Virus record (IMG/VR): IMGVR_UViG_3300045988_143860
Span: 1 to 36,637 of that record
DNA: 36,637 nucleotides
Source: a virus
Reading direction: 5' to 3' (one strand)
The position numbers and the translations under genes are program-made. Below the pieces are notes generated by a model. It did not search any database and was not told the DNA's origin. It saw nothing but the letters and a program-made list of their open reading frames with translations. Below, piece after piece: positions 1 through 7,605 of the stretch (its first letter is position 1; every line of letters starts with the position of its first letter).

Positions 1-55
1 TCCCCCCATCTCCACATTTACCCCGCTGCCTCGTTGAGGTGGCGGGGTTTTTCGT
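1..55. repeat. attL: left copy of 55-bp direct repeat (att core)
   Basis: nt 1-55 = nt 36583-36637, 55/55 identical. Begins TCCCCCCATCTCCA, laid out like a T-stem 3' strand + 7-nt acceptor 3' strand + discriminator of a tRNA/tmRNA. Confidence 0.9.
21..52 (+). terminator. Intrinsic terminator inside the att repeat (probably the terminator of the targeted host RNA gene)
   Basis: CCCCGCTGCC (21-30) pairs with GGTGGCGGGG (38-47): 10 bp including two G:U, 7-nt loop, then TTTTT (48-52). Duplicated at 36603-36634. Confidence 0.6.
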
Positions 56-100
56 TGTCCTGATGCGGAATACTCCCCGTCCGTAATTGTGTGTTTGTTT

Positions 101-177
101 GTGGTTTATAGTGGTTTTTATTGGTTTCGTGTTGCACGTGGGTTGCACGACAAGTTGCACGCCAGAACTCGTGCAAC
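101..177. promoter_or_regulatory. Helically phased repeats between att core and int: candidate integrase arm-type / bending sites
   Basis: TGGTTT at 102-107, 112-117, 122-127. GTTGCACG at 131-138, 142-149, 154-161. Inverted CGTGCAAC at 170-177. One more GTTGCACG near attR (36512-36519). Confidence 0.45.
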
Positions 178-195
178 AAGACAAAAGGGGGAGCC

Positions 196-1350
196 GTGGG
201 CAAGCGTCGAGGGTTCGGAAACATCCGCAAACTGCCATCCGGCAGGTTCCAAGCGTCATACCGCGGCCCCGACGGTAACCGCCACAACGCGCCCATCACT
301 TTTGAGCGAAAACGGCAGGCAGAGCAGTGGCTCGCCACCGTCCAGGCCAGCATTGCCACTAGCACATGGCAGAGCGAAGAAGACCAGAAGCGGGAGCGCA
401 CATCGCGCCTCCAAGCAGAGCAGGCCGCACAATTGACATTCACCGACTGGGCGGAGCGCTGGCTATCCTCACTGGAGAGTATCGGCAGGGCTAAGAAAAC
501 GATCCAAACCTACCAGTACCGCGTGAAACAACTTCGGGAGATTTTCGGAAGTACCCCCATCGTCCTTATCACCCCGGACGACGTGCAAGACTGGTACAAC
601 CAAAGCATGAAAGAGCGAGGCCAAGGCGTCACACGACCCCTCTACATGACGCTATCTTCATGCATGGGCGCGGCAGTCAAGGCCGGGAAGCTCTCCCAGT
701 CTCCGTGTCGTGTAACAGGCGGACAACAGTACAAACCAGTCACAGACGCGCACCGCCAAGTGGCCACACCCAGCGAGGTACTAACATGCGCCGACAACAT
801 GCCACCAAGACTGCGCCTTACTGTCCTACTGGCAGCGTGGTGTGCACTACGCGAAGGCGAGATCATCGGACTCAAGCGCAAGGACTTCACGCTAGGGGAC
901 TCGCCCGTGGTGCGTGTCGAGCGACAAATACAATACCTTGCGGGTCGTGGCCCGGTAGTAGTGCCACCGAAAAGCGAGACAGGCAGGCGCACAATCAGCA
1001 TCCCCGCGGCACTCGTGCCAGTCATACAAGAGCACTTAGACGAGTGGGCGACACCAGGCGCAGAAGGCTTGGTGTTTCATCGTGAAACCGACTTATCCAT
1101 GCCGGTGCATCCAAACACGCTGCGTGGCGCATGGAACAAGGCGCGCGCGTCGGCGGGTATCCCGTGGTTCAAGTTCCACGACCTGCGCCATACGGGGTTG
1201 ACCGTATATGCGCAACAAGGCGCAACGCTCGCTGAGCTTCTGTATAGGGGTGGCCATAGTGATGTTGAGGTGGCCTTGCGGTATCAGCATGCGACGGCTG
1301 AGAGGGATAGGGCTCTGACTGGCCTCATGGACACCCATATCATCGTGTGA
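196..1350 (+). CDS. int: Tyrosine integrase (site-specific recombinase)
   Basis: ORF 121-1350. Likely true start is GTG 196, preceded by AAGGGGGAG (185-193), giving VGKRRGFGNIRKLPSGRFQASYRGPDG. Motifs ALREGEI (Arg I), HDLRHTG (HxxR), GHSDVEVALRYQH (catalytic Tyr). Confidence 0.95.
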   Translation: MGKRRGFGNIRKLPSGRFQASYRGPDGNRHNAPITFERKRQAEQWLATVQASIATSTWQSEEDQKRERTSRLQAEQAAQLTFTDWAERWLSSLESIGRAKKTIQTYQYRVKQLREIFGSTPIVLITPDDVQDWYNQSMKERGQGVTRPLYMTLSSCMGAAVKAGKLSQSPCRVTGGQQYKPVTDAHRQVATPSEVLTCADNMPPRLRLTVLLAAWCALREGEIIGLKRKDFTLGDSPVVRVERQIQYLAGRGPVVVPPKSETGRRTISIPAALVPVIQEHLDEWATPGAEGLVFHRETDLSMPVHPNTLRGAWNKARASAGIPWFKFHDLRHTGLTVYAQQGATLAELLYRGGHSDVEVALRYQHATAERDRALTGLMDTHIIV

Positions 1351-1364
1351 CTGGGCATATGCGG

Positions 1365-1409
1365 AAAACCGCCCTCACAATCCACACGGGAAAGCGAGGG
1401 CGGTTTTTT
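1365..1409. terminator. Bidirectional intrinsic terminator between convergent int and lysis cassette
   Basis: AAAACCGCCCTC (1365-1376) is the exact reverse complement of GAGGGCGGTTTT (1396-1407). A-run on one side, T6 on the other, 19-nt loop. Confidence 0.7.
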
Positions 1410-1429
1410 CTGATTCCCGGTCGGGCGAG

Positions 1430-1903
1430 TCAGTGTTTGTGCGAGGATTCTAGGCACTCTAGGCGCGTTTCCAACCTTTCGTGTGTTTTCTCAGCCGACG
1501 CGGTGAGTGCGCGTACGTCGAGTCTGAGGCCGTCGATTTGGTCTTCTGCCCGCTGGTCTCGTCGTTCGCGACTGCGAGCATCTTCCATGTGGGCGCGTTC
1601 GATTTCGTTGACTTTCCGCATGAGGGTTTTCATGCCTGCGCGTACTTCGTCTAAATCGTCCCGCAAGTGGGTGCCATGACTGTTAGTGACTCCTTCGCGT
1701 GCGCCCCGTGCTTCGGTTTCCGCCTTGGACGCGCTTTCGGAGATGTCAGCCATCTGGGTTTGTAGACTCAGGATTTTACGGTTGACCCACGCGACAGCCC
1801 AGCGGATGAAAGCCCCGAGCAGAGTAAGGAAAGCAACAACAAGGGCGGCGATCCCGGCGACTACTTCCTTACTTGTGAGGACTTCAACGATCGGCTCATT
1901 CAC
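1430..1903 (-). CDS. Membrane-anchored coiled-coil protein, last gene of the lysis cassette (function unknown)
   Basis: N-terminal TM helix VVAGIAALVVAFLTLLGAFIRWAVAWV followed by a long charged helical region. 4-nt overlap with the holin ORF. Confidence 0.6.
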   Translation of the reverse strand: MNEPIVEVLTSKEVVAGIAALVVAFLTLLGAFIRWAVAWVNRKILSLQTQMADISESASKAETEARGAREGVTNSHGTHLRDDLDEVRAGMKTLMRKVNEIERAHMEDARSRERRDQRAEDQIDGLRLDVRALTASAEKTHERLETRLECLESSHKH

Positions 1904-2256
1904 TCACTCACCCGCTCATCGTGTTTACCCTTGGGCATTCCGCCGGGGGTGAGCATGCCTACCCATTCGAGCAGTGATTCTCCTCCGATTTTCACGTGGG
2001 AGAGGATTTGGTAGACCGTCCAGAAGATGCCGAGCAACGCCGAAAGCTGAGCCACCAAATACTCGACGCCCGCCGGGTATTCTGAGGTCGCCCAAATCCC
2101 GATCGACAACACGGTGGCCGCGACGCTGACGAGAATAATACGGCGTTTGTGCGTCCACCACGGCTTATCCAACGCGGCCTGCACCAAAGGCCAAATGATG
2201 CCCACGACCACGGTTGTGATGAACGGGTCAACAGCGAGAGTTTTCAACGATTCCAT
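1900..2256 (-). CDS. Holin-like membrane protein
   Basis: 118 aa, three hydrophobic segments, charged C-terminus (KGKHDERVSE), immediately downstream of the endolysin. Confidence 0.7.
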   Translation of the reverse strand: MESLKTLAVDPFITTVVVGIIWPLVQAALDKPWWTHKRRIILVSVAATVLSIGIWATSEYPAGVEYLVAQLSALLGIFWTVYQILSHVKIGGESLLEWVGMLTPGGMPKGKHDERVSE

Positions 2257-2269
2257 TTATTCAGTCCTT

Positions 2270-3136
2270 TCAGGGTTTGACTCCGAGGGCTTTTGATCCA
2301 GCCCACGAGTGATTGAGCGCAATCTGCATAGCCTTCACGGTCTCGGCGTCCCACGTTTTAGTGACGGGAACCCGGTGGCCTGCGGGGATACCGGAGTAGT
2401 TCCACCACGTTTGAAAAGCGCCAATCGTGATCGGCCCGTCGAAACCATCTACGGGAATACGATCCACGCCGGTAGCGGCTTTAAGCCTGTAGGCGTCGAG
2501 CGCCCACGATAGGAAGTATTGGAGTGCCCTGACTGCGGTCGGCTCCCACGGGGCGTTTGCTGGTACAGCGAAGACTTGCCGGAAACGCTTGGCGGTGTGT
2601 GCTCCCCATATGCCGTCTTCTTCTAACTCCCACGATGAAGACGAGGAGACCCCGGTGTATTCGGGGCGGATAACCGCGATCACCGAACCAAGATTGCGAG
2701 TGCGCCGATACACGCCACCCCCGTTGGACTGCGAGCCTGACGCGCCAGACGACGTGTTGCCTTCGATCGTCTGATAGTAGGAGCCGTAGTTGCGCTCCAC
2801 GAACCCGACGTGGTCTGCGACCCCGTCTCCGTCCCAGTCAAAACAGGCTAGGTCACCGGCCTGTGCGTTGGCTTTAGCGACGAGTCTGCCGAGGTTGCGG
2901 GCAGCTGTAATCCCACTGGGCACATACGCGAAATCCCCGCCCGGCGGGGTCATTCCCACCTGACGCAAAACCCAGGTCACGAACATTGCACAATAGGGGA
3001 CTCCGCTGGTACCGAAGTAGGCGCCGTGTCGGGTCGCGTAGTCGCGCCCGTATTTGGTTCCTTCCTGTGGGTCAGTCCACCGCGAATATCCGAGCTCGCC
3101 GCGCGCCACATTGAGTGCTTGTTCAACGGTTGCCAT
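2270..3136 (-). CDS. Endolysin: N-terminal CHAP/NlpC-P60-type domain plus C-terminal wall-binding-like domain
   Basis: GVPYCAMFV (catalytic Cys), DHVGFVE (His), EGNTSSG. Ser-rich linker, then a Trp-rich C-terminal half. Confidence 0.85.
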   Translation of the reverse strand: MATVEQALNVARGELGYSRWTDPQEGTKYGRDYATRHGAYFGTSGVPYCAMFVTWVLRQVGMTPPGGDFAYVPSGITAARNLGRLVAKANAQAGDLACFDWDGDGVADHVGFVERNYGSYYQTIEGNTSSGASGSQSNGGGVYRRTRNLGSVIAVIRPEYTGVSSSSSWELEEDGIWGAHTAKRFRQVFAVPANAPWEPTAVRALQYFLSWALDAYRLKAATGVDRIPVDGFDGPITIGAFQTWWNYSGIPAGHRVPVTKTWDAETVKAMQIALNHSWAGSKALGVKP

Positions 3137-3243
3137 CAGTCGGCCTCCTCTTCAACGACGTTTTCAACGACCGGGTGCGGGTCAGGCTCACCGTCACCAA
3201 ACTCCGGCATCTGGCTCATCAAAACCTCTTCATCACTAGCCAA
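3136..3243 (-). CDS. Possible unlisted 35-aa acidic ORF translationally coupled to the endolysin
   Basis: TTG start 6 nt after GAGGAG. Peptide MASDEEVLMSQMPEFGDGEPDPHPVVENVVEEEAD. Its TGA overlaps the endolysin ATG (TGATG). Hand-counted third-position GC about 63%. Confidence 0.3.
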   Translation of the reverse strand: MASDEEVLMSQMPEFGDGEPDPHPVVENVVEEEAD

Positions 3244-3328
3244 TGGTTTCTCCTCACTTGAGTTTTTGGGTATAAGAAAACCCCGCACCAACCGGGCGCA
3301 GGGGTACATGCTTAAGATTCGAGGGAGC

Positions 3329-3631
3329 CTATTCAGCCTTTTTAAAAGTCAGCGCGTGAAGAATATGCGCGTCAGTGACGTAGGCAGGGTTCACGCCGGG
3401 CTTTGGAGGAAGAGCGTCCAAGGCTTCGTCATACTTGCTTTGCGCATACTCGAAAACGCTCGCGATCGTGTTATCCCCAGTGTCGTCCACCGGTTTCGTG
3501 ACCAGCTGATCCCATCCGGCTTCCACTTCCCCGGCTGTCATGCCGAGGGTCGCGCCAAGGGCTTTCGCCCGGTTGAGAAGATCCTGATCGCGCGTCGCGT
3601 TGATGATTGAAGCAGAAGATGGTGAGGCCAT
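3329..3631 (-). CDS. Hypothetical protein downstream of the tail fibre
   Basis: 100-aa ORF with RBS GGAAGGAAAG upstream of the ATG. No recognisable motif. Confidence 0.6.
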   Translation of the reverse strand: MASPSSASIINATRDQDLLNRAKALGATLGMTAGEVEAGWDQLVTKPVDDTGDNTIASVFEYAQSKYDEALDALPPKPGVNPAYVTDAHILHALTFKKAE

Positions 3632-3646
3632 TTTTCTTTCCTTCCG

Positions 3647-4375
3647 TTAGTACTTGATGATGAACAATCCGGCAAAATAGGGTGGCATGTTGTTGTGAGG
3701 CTTCCCCCCACCAGTGGGGAGGGCAACGGCGGACGCGGGGTCTGTCGTCGATGTTCTATAGGACATGAGGTCCCATTTGTTACCGTTTTGTGCGTCAGTT
3801 TTGAACAGGTTGAGGCGTTGACTATGAGCGTTGCCGGGTGCGAGTTCGTGCCCATGGCTTGGCATCTCGTTAATAGTGAGCGTATGAGTGGCCTCACCGC
3901 CCGTACTCCCGCGCGCGTAAGCAGTGGAAGACCCGAGGAAGAAACGCCCCCGCATGTCCGGGACCGTGAACGAAGACCCGCTACCCGTAAAACCTAAAGC
4001 AGCCGCGAGCCTCGGATACGTTGCTTTCGGATATGACGAGCCGTCGCATTCAAGCCACCCCTGCGGGGCTGACACGCCAGCATACAAGCTCATCACACCA
4101 GCCGGAGTCGAGTCACCGGTGGTGGTTCCGTCCCCGGTTTGGGCGCTACCAATGACGAACACACGCCGTTGGACGGATAGAACCCAAACGCGGTAGCCCA
4201 CCTGCAATGCCCCGGCCAGGTTGACCGGGGATACCGGCAACACCTGAGTCTCACCATCAAACTTGATCCTGAGAGGGTTTACGTTGGTCACAGTCGCCCA
4301 CCTGTAGGAGGCTGTTTGGTCGAGCTGGTGGCGGATCCTCGCAATCTGCCCAACCAGATAATCCAACGTGCTCAC
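3647..4375 (-). CDS. Tail fibre / receptor-binding protein with phage tail-collar domain
   Basis: Collar signature GWLECDGSSY..YPRLAAALG..FTVPDMRGRF..GGEATHTLTINEMPSHGH in the C-terminal half. Confidence 0.8.
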   Translation of the reverse strand: MSTLDYLVGQIARIRHQLDQTASYRWATVTNVNPLRIKFDGETQVLPVSPVNLAGALQVGYRVWVLSVQRRVFVIGSAQTGDGTTTGDSTPAGVMSLYAGVSAPQGWLECDGSSYPKATYPRLAAALGFTGSGSSFTVPDMRGRFFLGSSTAYARGSTGGEATHTLTINEMPSHGHELAPGNAHSQRLNLFKTDAQNGNKWDLMSYRTSTTDPASAVALPTGGGKPHNNMPPYFAGLFIIKY

Positions 4376-5424
4376 AAGTCAACAACCTCCCTCAGAGTTG
4401 TTTTCACCAGCGCAACCGGTGAAAGCTGGTATTCGATTTTCTGAATCACACACCGAGCCCGATGCCCCTGAGAAACAAACCTCACCGCCTGGTTCGTTTG
4501 AAGATCAAGCGGAATATGCTCAATCTGCAAAGAGGCCGACGGAGTTGACTTATCGATCAACACCTGCCGGGCTTTCTTCGTCAACGTGGCTTGGTCAGCC
4601 GCTTCAACGCCTTCTTCGGTGTAGACGATCCATCTTCCGCGCGAAGCATAGGAGAGCGGATTATTAGGGTCTTCGTTCGTTGCCACCCCCACCAGAGCGG
4701 GGGTATCGTCAGACCCTTGCCCGACAAGCACAACCTTGTTCGGGACTTCCGCTAAATCCTGATCACGCGACCACGAAGCCGAATGAACCGACTCTTCACC
4801 TTCGACGAAATCAAACACGGTTGGACGCTGAGCCGGGCGAACGTAGGGTTCCACGTGGAAAATCCCGTACCCATCACACCACAGGCTCCAATAGCCCGCC
4901 GCGTCTAAAAGTTCGTTGACGATTGTTAAATACGGTGTTCCTGGGTCCCAGGTCATGGCCGACAACGCGGTGGCCGATGAGGCGGTGATTGCGAGCTGTC
5001 GCGCGTCGGCTTTCGCTTGCACGCTGAGCAACGAAGCCACAGTCTCAACCAGGTTCGCCCCGGCAGGCACCGAGAAGGTTGCTTCAGTCTTCGACTCATC
5101 TAGAATCGCGAGTTTTGACAGAAGGTCAACATCCCAGCTGACCCCAGTTTCCGAATATGAATCAGTCGGCGACGTTAAGAGGAAAACCCCTAGAGGCCAC
5201 CCCTGGGTGCCGGTTGGCTGATAGTCGATTCTGACCCGTTGGGAAAGCCAGTCGATCCCCTCCGTTGTTTTGGTGATCTGGAGGCTTCCTGACGATTTCA
5301 ATCTTGTGGCTGAAGACACCGTGACCGACCCGCCCGTCACGCCGTCTAACACCCTGATTTCCTGGTCTTGAGAATCGAGGAGTCGGACAACATATTCAGC
5401 CTGGCGATGAGAATATGCGCTCAC
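4372..5424 (-). CDS. Minor tail protein (Tal/Gp37-like position)
   Basis: 350 aa with 4-nt overlaps to both neighbours. Sits between the Dit-like protein and the fibre. Call is by synteny. Confidence 0.65.
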   Translation of the reverse strand: MSAYSHRQAEYVVRLLDSQDQEIRVLDGVTGGSVTVSSATRLKSSGSLQITKTTEGIDWLSQRVRIDYQPTGTQGWPLGVFLLTSPTDSYSETGVSWDVDLLSKLAILDESKTEATFSVPAGANLVETVASLLSVQAKADARQLAITASSATALSAMTWDPGTPYLTIVNELLDAAGYWSLWCDGYGIFHVEPYVRPAQRPTVFDFVEGEESVHSASWSRDQDLAEVPNKVVLVGQGSDDTPALVGVATNEDPNNPLSYASRGRWIVYTEEGVEAADQATLTKKARQVLIDKSTPSASLQIEHIPLDLQTNQAVRFVSQGHRARCVIQKIEYQLSPVALVKTTLREVVDL

Positions 5425-7592
5425 TTACTCACCTCCTCCAACGAGGCGCTGACGCTCCAGACCCCGCCGACGGTGCGTGAAAGATCCACGTCTTTCATCG
5501 AACAGTAGACGCGGTTCCCGTTCGGATCACGGTAAAGGAAAGGCGCGGGAAGATAGGCGAGGTCTTCAACCCGCGAGCGCACGTCAGCCGATGAATCAAG
5601 CAGGGTTGCCGATAGGCTGATTTGCCGTTGGCGTTGCCTGCCCGATAGTTCTACGCCGTGTGTTCTGCCCGCGAAGTATGCGAGTGTCCTGTTCACTAGG
5701 CCGAAAGATGTTGAGTATTTCGGGTCCCAGTTGAGGGCGACCACGGTCTGAAAGCCGGGGCCTCCGGCAAGCCACATGGCTTGTGAATCCGAAACAACGC
5801 TCACGGTCGTAGACGACGAAGACGGTAAAGCCGTGGTGGCGGTGACTCGGTAGAGGGTTGTGCCGTTTGATAAACATTCCGCGTCGGTGATCGACCCGCC
5901 TGCGGGGACTTCGCCCGCGACCGTCTCCCATGTCACGCCGTTGTCGATACTGCGCTCAACGCTATTAGAAACAACCTCCGGCTTGCCTTCGGCGGTCGGG
6001 TTCGTGATACGCAAGGCGGTTGACCCCGTTTCACTGTCCCATGCTGTTTGAACCGTGGGGACGGCGGGAGAGGGGAAGTCGGTCGTGAAACTGAACGACG
6101 CAGGGTTGCTATACAAGCCGTCGCCAGAACGAACAACGACGGTCAGCGTGTATTCTGTCGCGTTCTTCAGAGCAAAAGGCAACTCATACGAGCGCACGGC
6201 ACCGTTGATTACTGCCTTGTGAACAACACCCCCACCCCGTGTGCTGACGGTGAGGGTTGCGCCTGCCTGCGCGTGAGATTGTGCCTGATAATACGACCAG
6301 CCGACAGTGAGGCGAGAAACCTTCACGGGGGAAGCGTTCGGGGTAGTGATCGACGCGCCCGGCTTATCAGCAATCGCGAGAACACTAACAGCAGACCACG
6401 GGGAAGCCCCGGATTCCTGTCCGGAAAGATACGCGCCCCAGGTTCTAACTTGCCACTCAACTTTCCCAGCAGGGAACGTCAGATTTTTATGCTGGTCGCC
6501 GTTCGTGATCGTGAGTGTCGTCCACTCCCCGTAGTTCACGCGGTAGCGTAGTTGTGCGCGCGTTTGGGCGGAAGAATCAACCGGCGAATGCTTCCACGAT
6601 AATTTCACGGTTCCGGGAACAAACGTTCCTGTCGGCGACAAACTTGCCGGGGGGTTAGGCGCTGTCAACAGTTGAACAGTGTTCGACGGGGAGGAAACCC
6701 CGGACGAAACACCAGACGCAATATGCTTTACCGTGTACGTGTGAGTGTGTGAAGCGCTCGGGCCATCATGCGTCCACTGATAGCTGGTTTGCCCAGAAAC
6801 CACGTTAACGTTTCCAACCAGAGTCCCGTTGTCGTACACCTCAAAACCGGTGCCGTCATATGGGGCTGACCGCTCCCACGAAACACTGATCGAACCGCTA
6901 GCATTCTTAACGGCAGTCACGTTCGCCGGGGCGGTGGGGGTCGTGTAAATCCAATTAGAGTCCCCGGCCTGCGACCAGACGCTCCCGTTACTCGCCCACA
7001 CGCGATACTGGAACGCGTCATTCGCCTTCAACGTCGGGTCAGTCCACGACCGGGCGGACGATGAGAGGGTCGCGACCCGCACCCAATCGGGTGAAGCTGC
7101 TGACGTGCGTTCAATGCCGAAAGCCCTGACCGGCTTCGACGCGGTAGTCTGAACCGCCCAGGATAGGTTGGCCTGCGAATCGTTCGCGCGAGACGCAACA
7201 ACATTCGTCGGCGTGTTCGGGGTTTCATACGGGCGCTTCGGCAGAGTCAAATAGGCGGTAACACTGGGATTGCCACCGTTGAAAATAGGGCCTAGAGAGG
7301 CGCTGAAAGCAATGGTCCTGGATTCACCGTAGTTGAGATTAGCCCACGTCGTTTCAGCCTTCACCGTCTTATAGGTAGACGTATTGCTTGGCGAGTAAAA
7401 GTGGACGGGAACATCCCCGGAAATGAAACCGCTCCGGTGAAGCGTCGAATCGTAATTGAAACCGTAGCCGTCCGACCAGAGGGTGTACGTCGCGTCAACC
7501 CACACCCACCCGTCAGCGGGATTACCTCGCCACGACACACTGATACCGACAGCCATATACCCCGACGTAGCCGACCACGTAGTCGCCGCCAT
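5421..7592 (-). CDS. Minor tail protein with FN3-like repeats and a C-terminal distal-tail (Dit)-like region
   Basis: 723 aa directly after the tape measure. FN3-like segments (PTAPANVTAVKNASGSISVSWERS; PNPPASLSPTGTFVPGTVKLSWKHS). Confidence 0.7.
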   Translation of the reverse strand: MAATTWSATSGYMAVGISVSWRGNPADGWVWVDATYTLWSDGYGFNYDSTLHRSGFISGDVPVHFYSPSNTSTYKTVKAETTWANLNYGESRTIAFSASLGPIFNGGNPSVTAYLTLPKRPYETPNTPTNVVASRANDSQANLSWAVQTTASKPVRAFGIERTSAASPDWVRVATLSSSARSWTDPTLKANDAFQYRVWASNGSVWSQAGDSNWIYTTPTAPANVTAVKNASGSISVSWERSAPYDGTGFEVYDNGTLVGNVNVVSGQTSYQWTHDGPSASHTHTYTVKHIASGVSSGVSSPSNTVQLLTAPNPPASLSPTGTFVPGTVKLSWKHSPVDSSAQTRAQLRYRVNYGEWTTLTITNGDQHKNLTFPAGKVEWQVRTWGAYLSGQESGASPWSAVSVLAIADKPGASITTPNASPVKVSRLTVGWSYYQAQSHAQAGATLTVSTRGGGVVHKAVINGAVRSYELPFALKNATEYTLTVVVRSGDGLYSNPASFSFTTDFPSPAVPTVQTAWDSETGSTALRITNPTAEGKPEVVSNSVERSIDNGVTWETVAGEVPAGGSITDAECLSNGTTLYRVTATTALPSSSSTTVSVVSDSQAMWLAGGPGFQTVVALNWDPKYSTSFGLVNRTLAYFAGRTHGVELSGRQRQRQISLSATLLDSSADVRSRVEDLAYLPAPFLYRDPNGNRVYCSMKDVDLSRTVGGVWSVSASLEEVSK

Positions 7593-7605
7593 AAACGCTC
7601 CTTAC

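Noticed and set aside
18-443. 141-aa - strand ORF and short + ORFs across attL and the int 5' region
   Set aside because: They overlap the att repeat, the phased repeat array and the integrase N-terminus. Composition is non-protein-like.
3281-3304. Possible terminator downstream of ORF 3329-3631
   Set aside because: The stem is only 4+2 bp with a bulge (CCCCGC.../...GCGCAGGGG). A T-run follows on the - strand, but the pairing is too poor.
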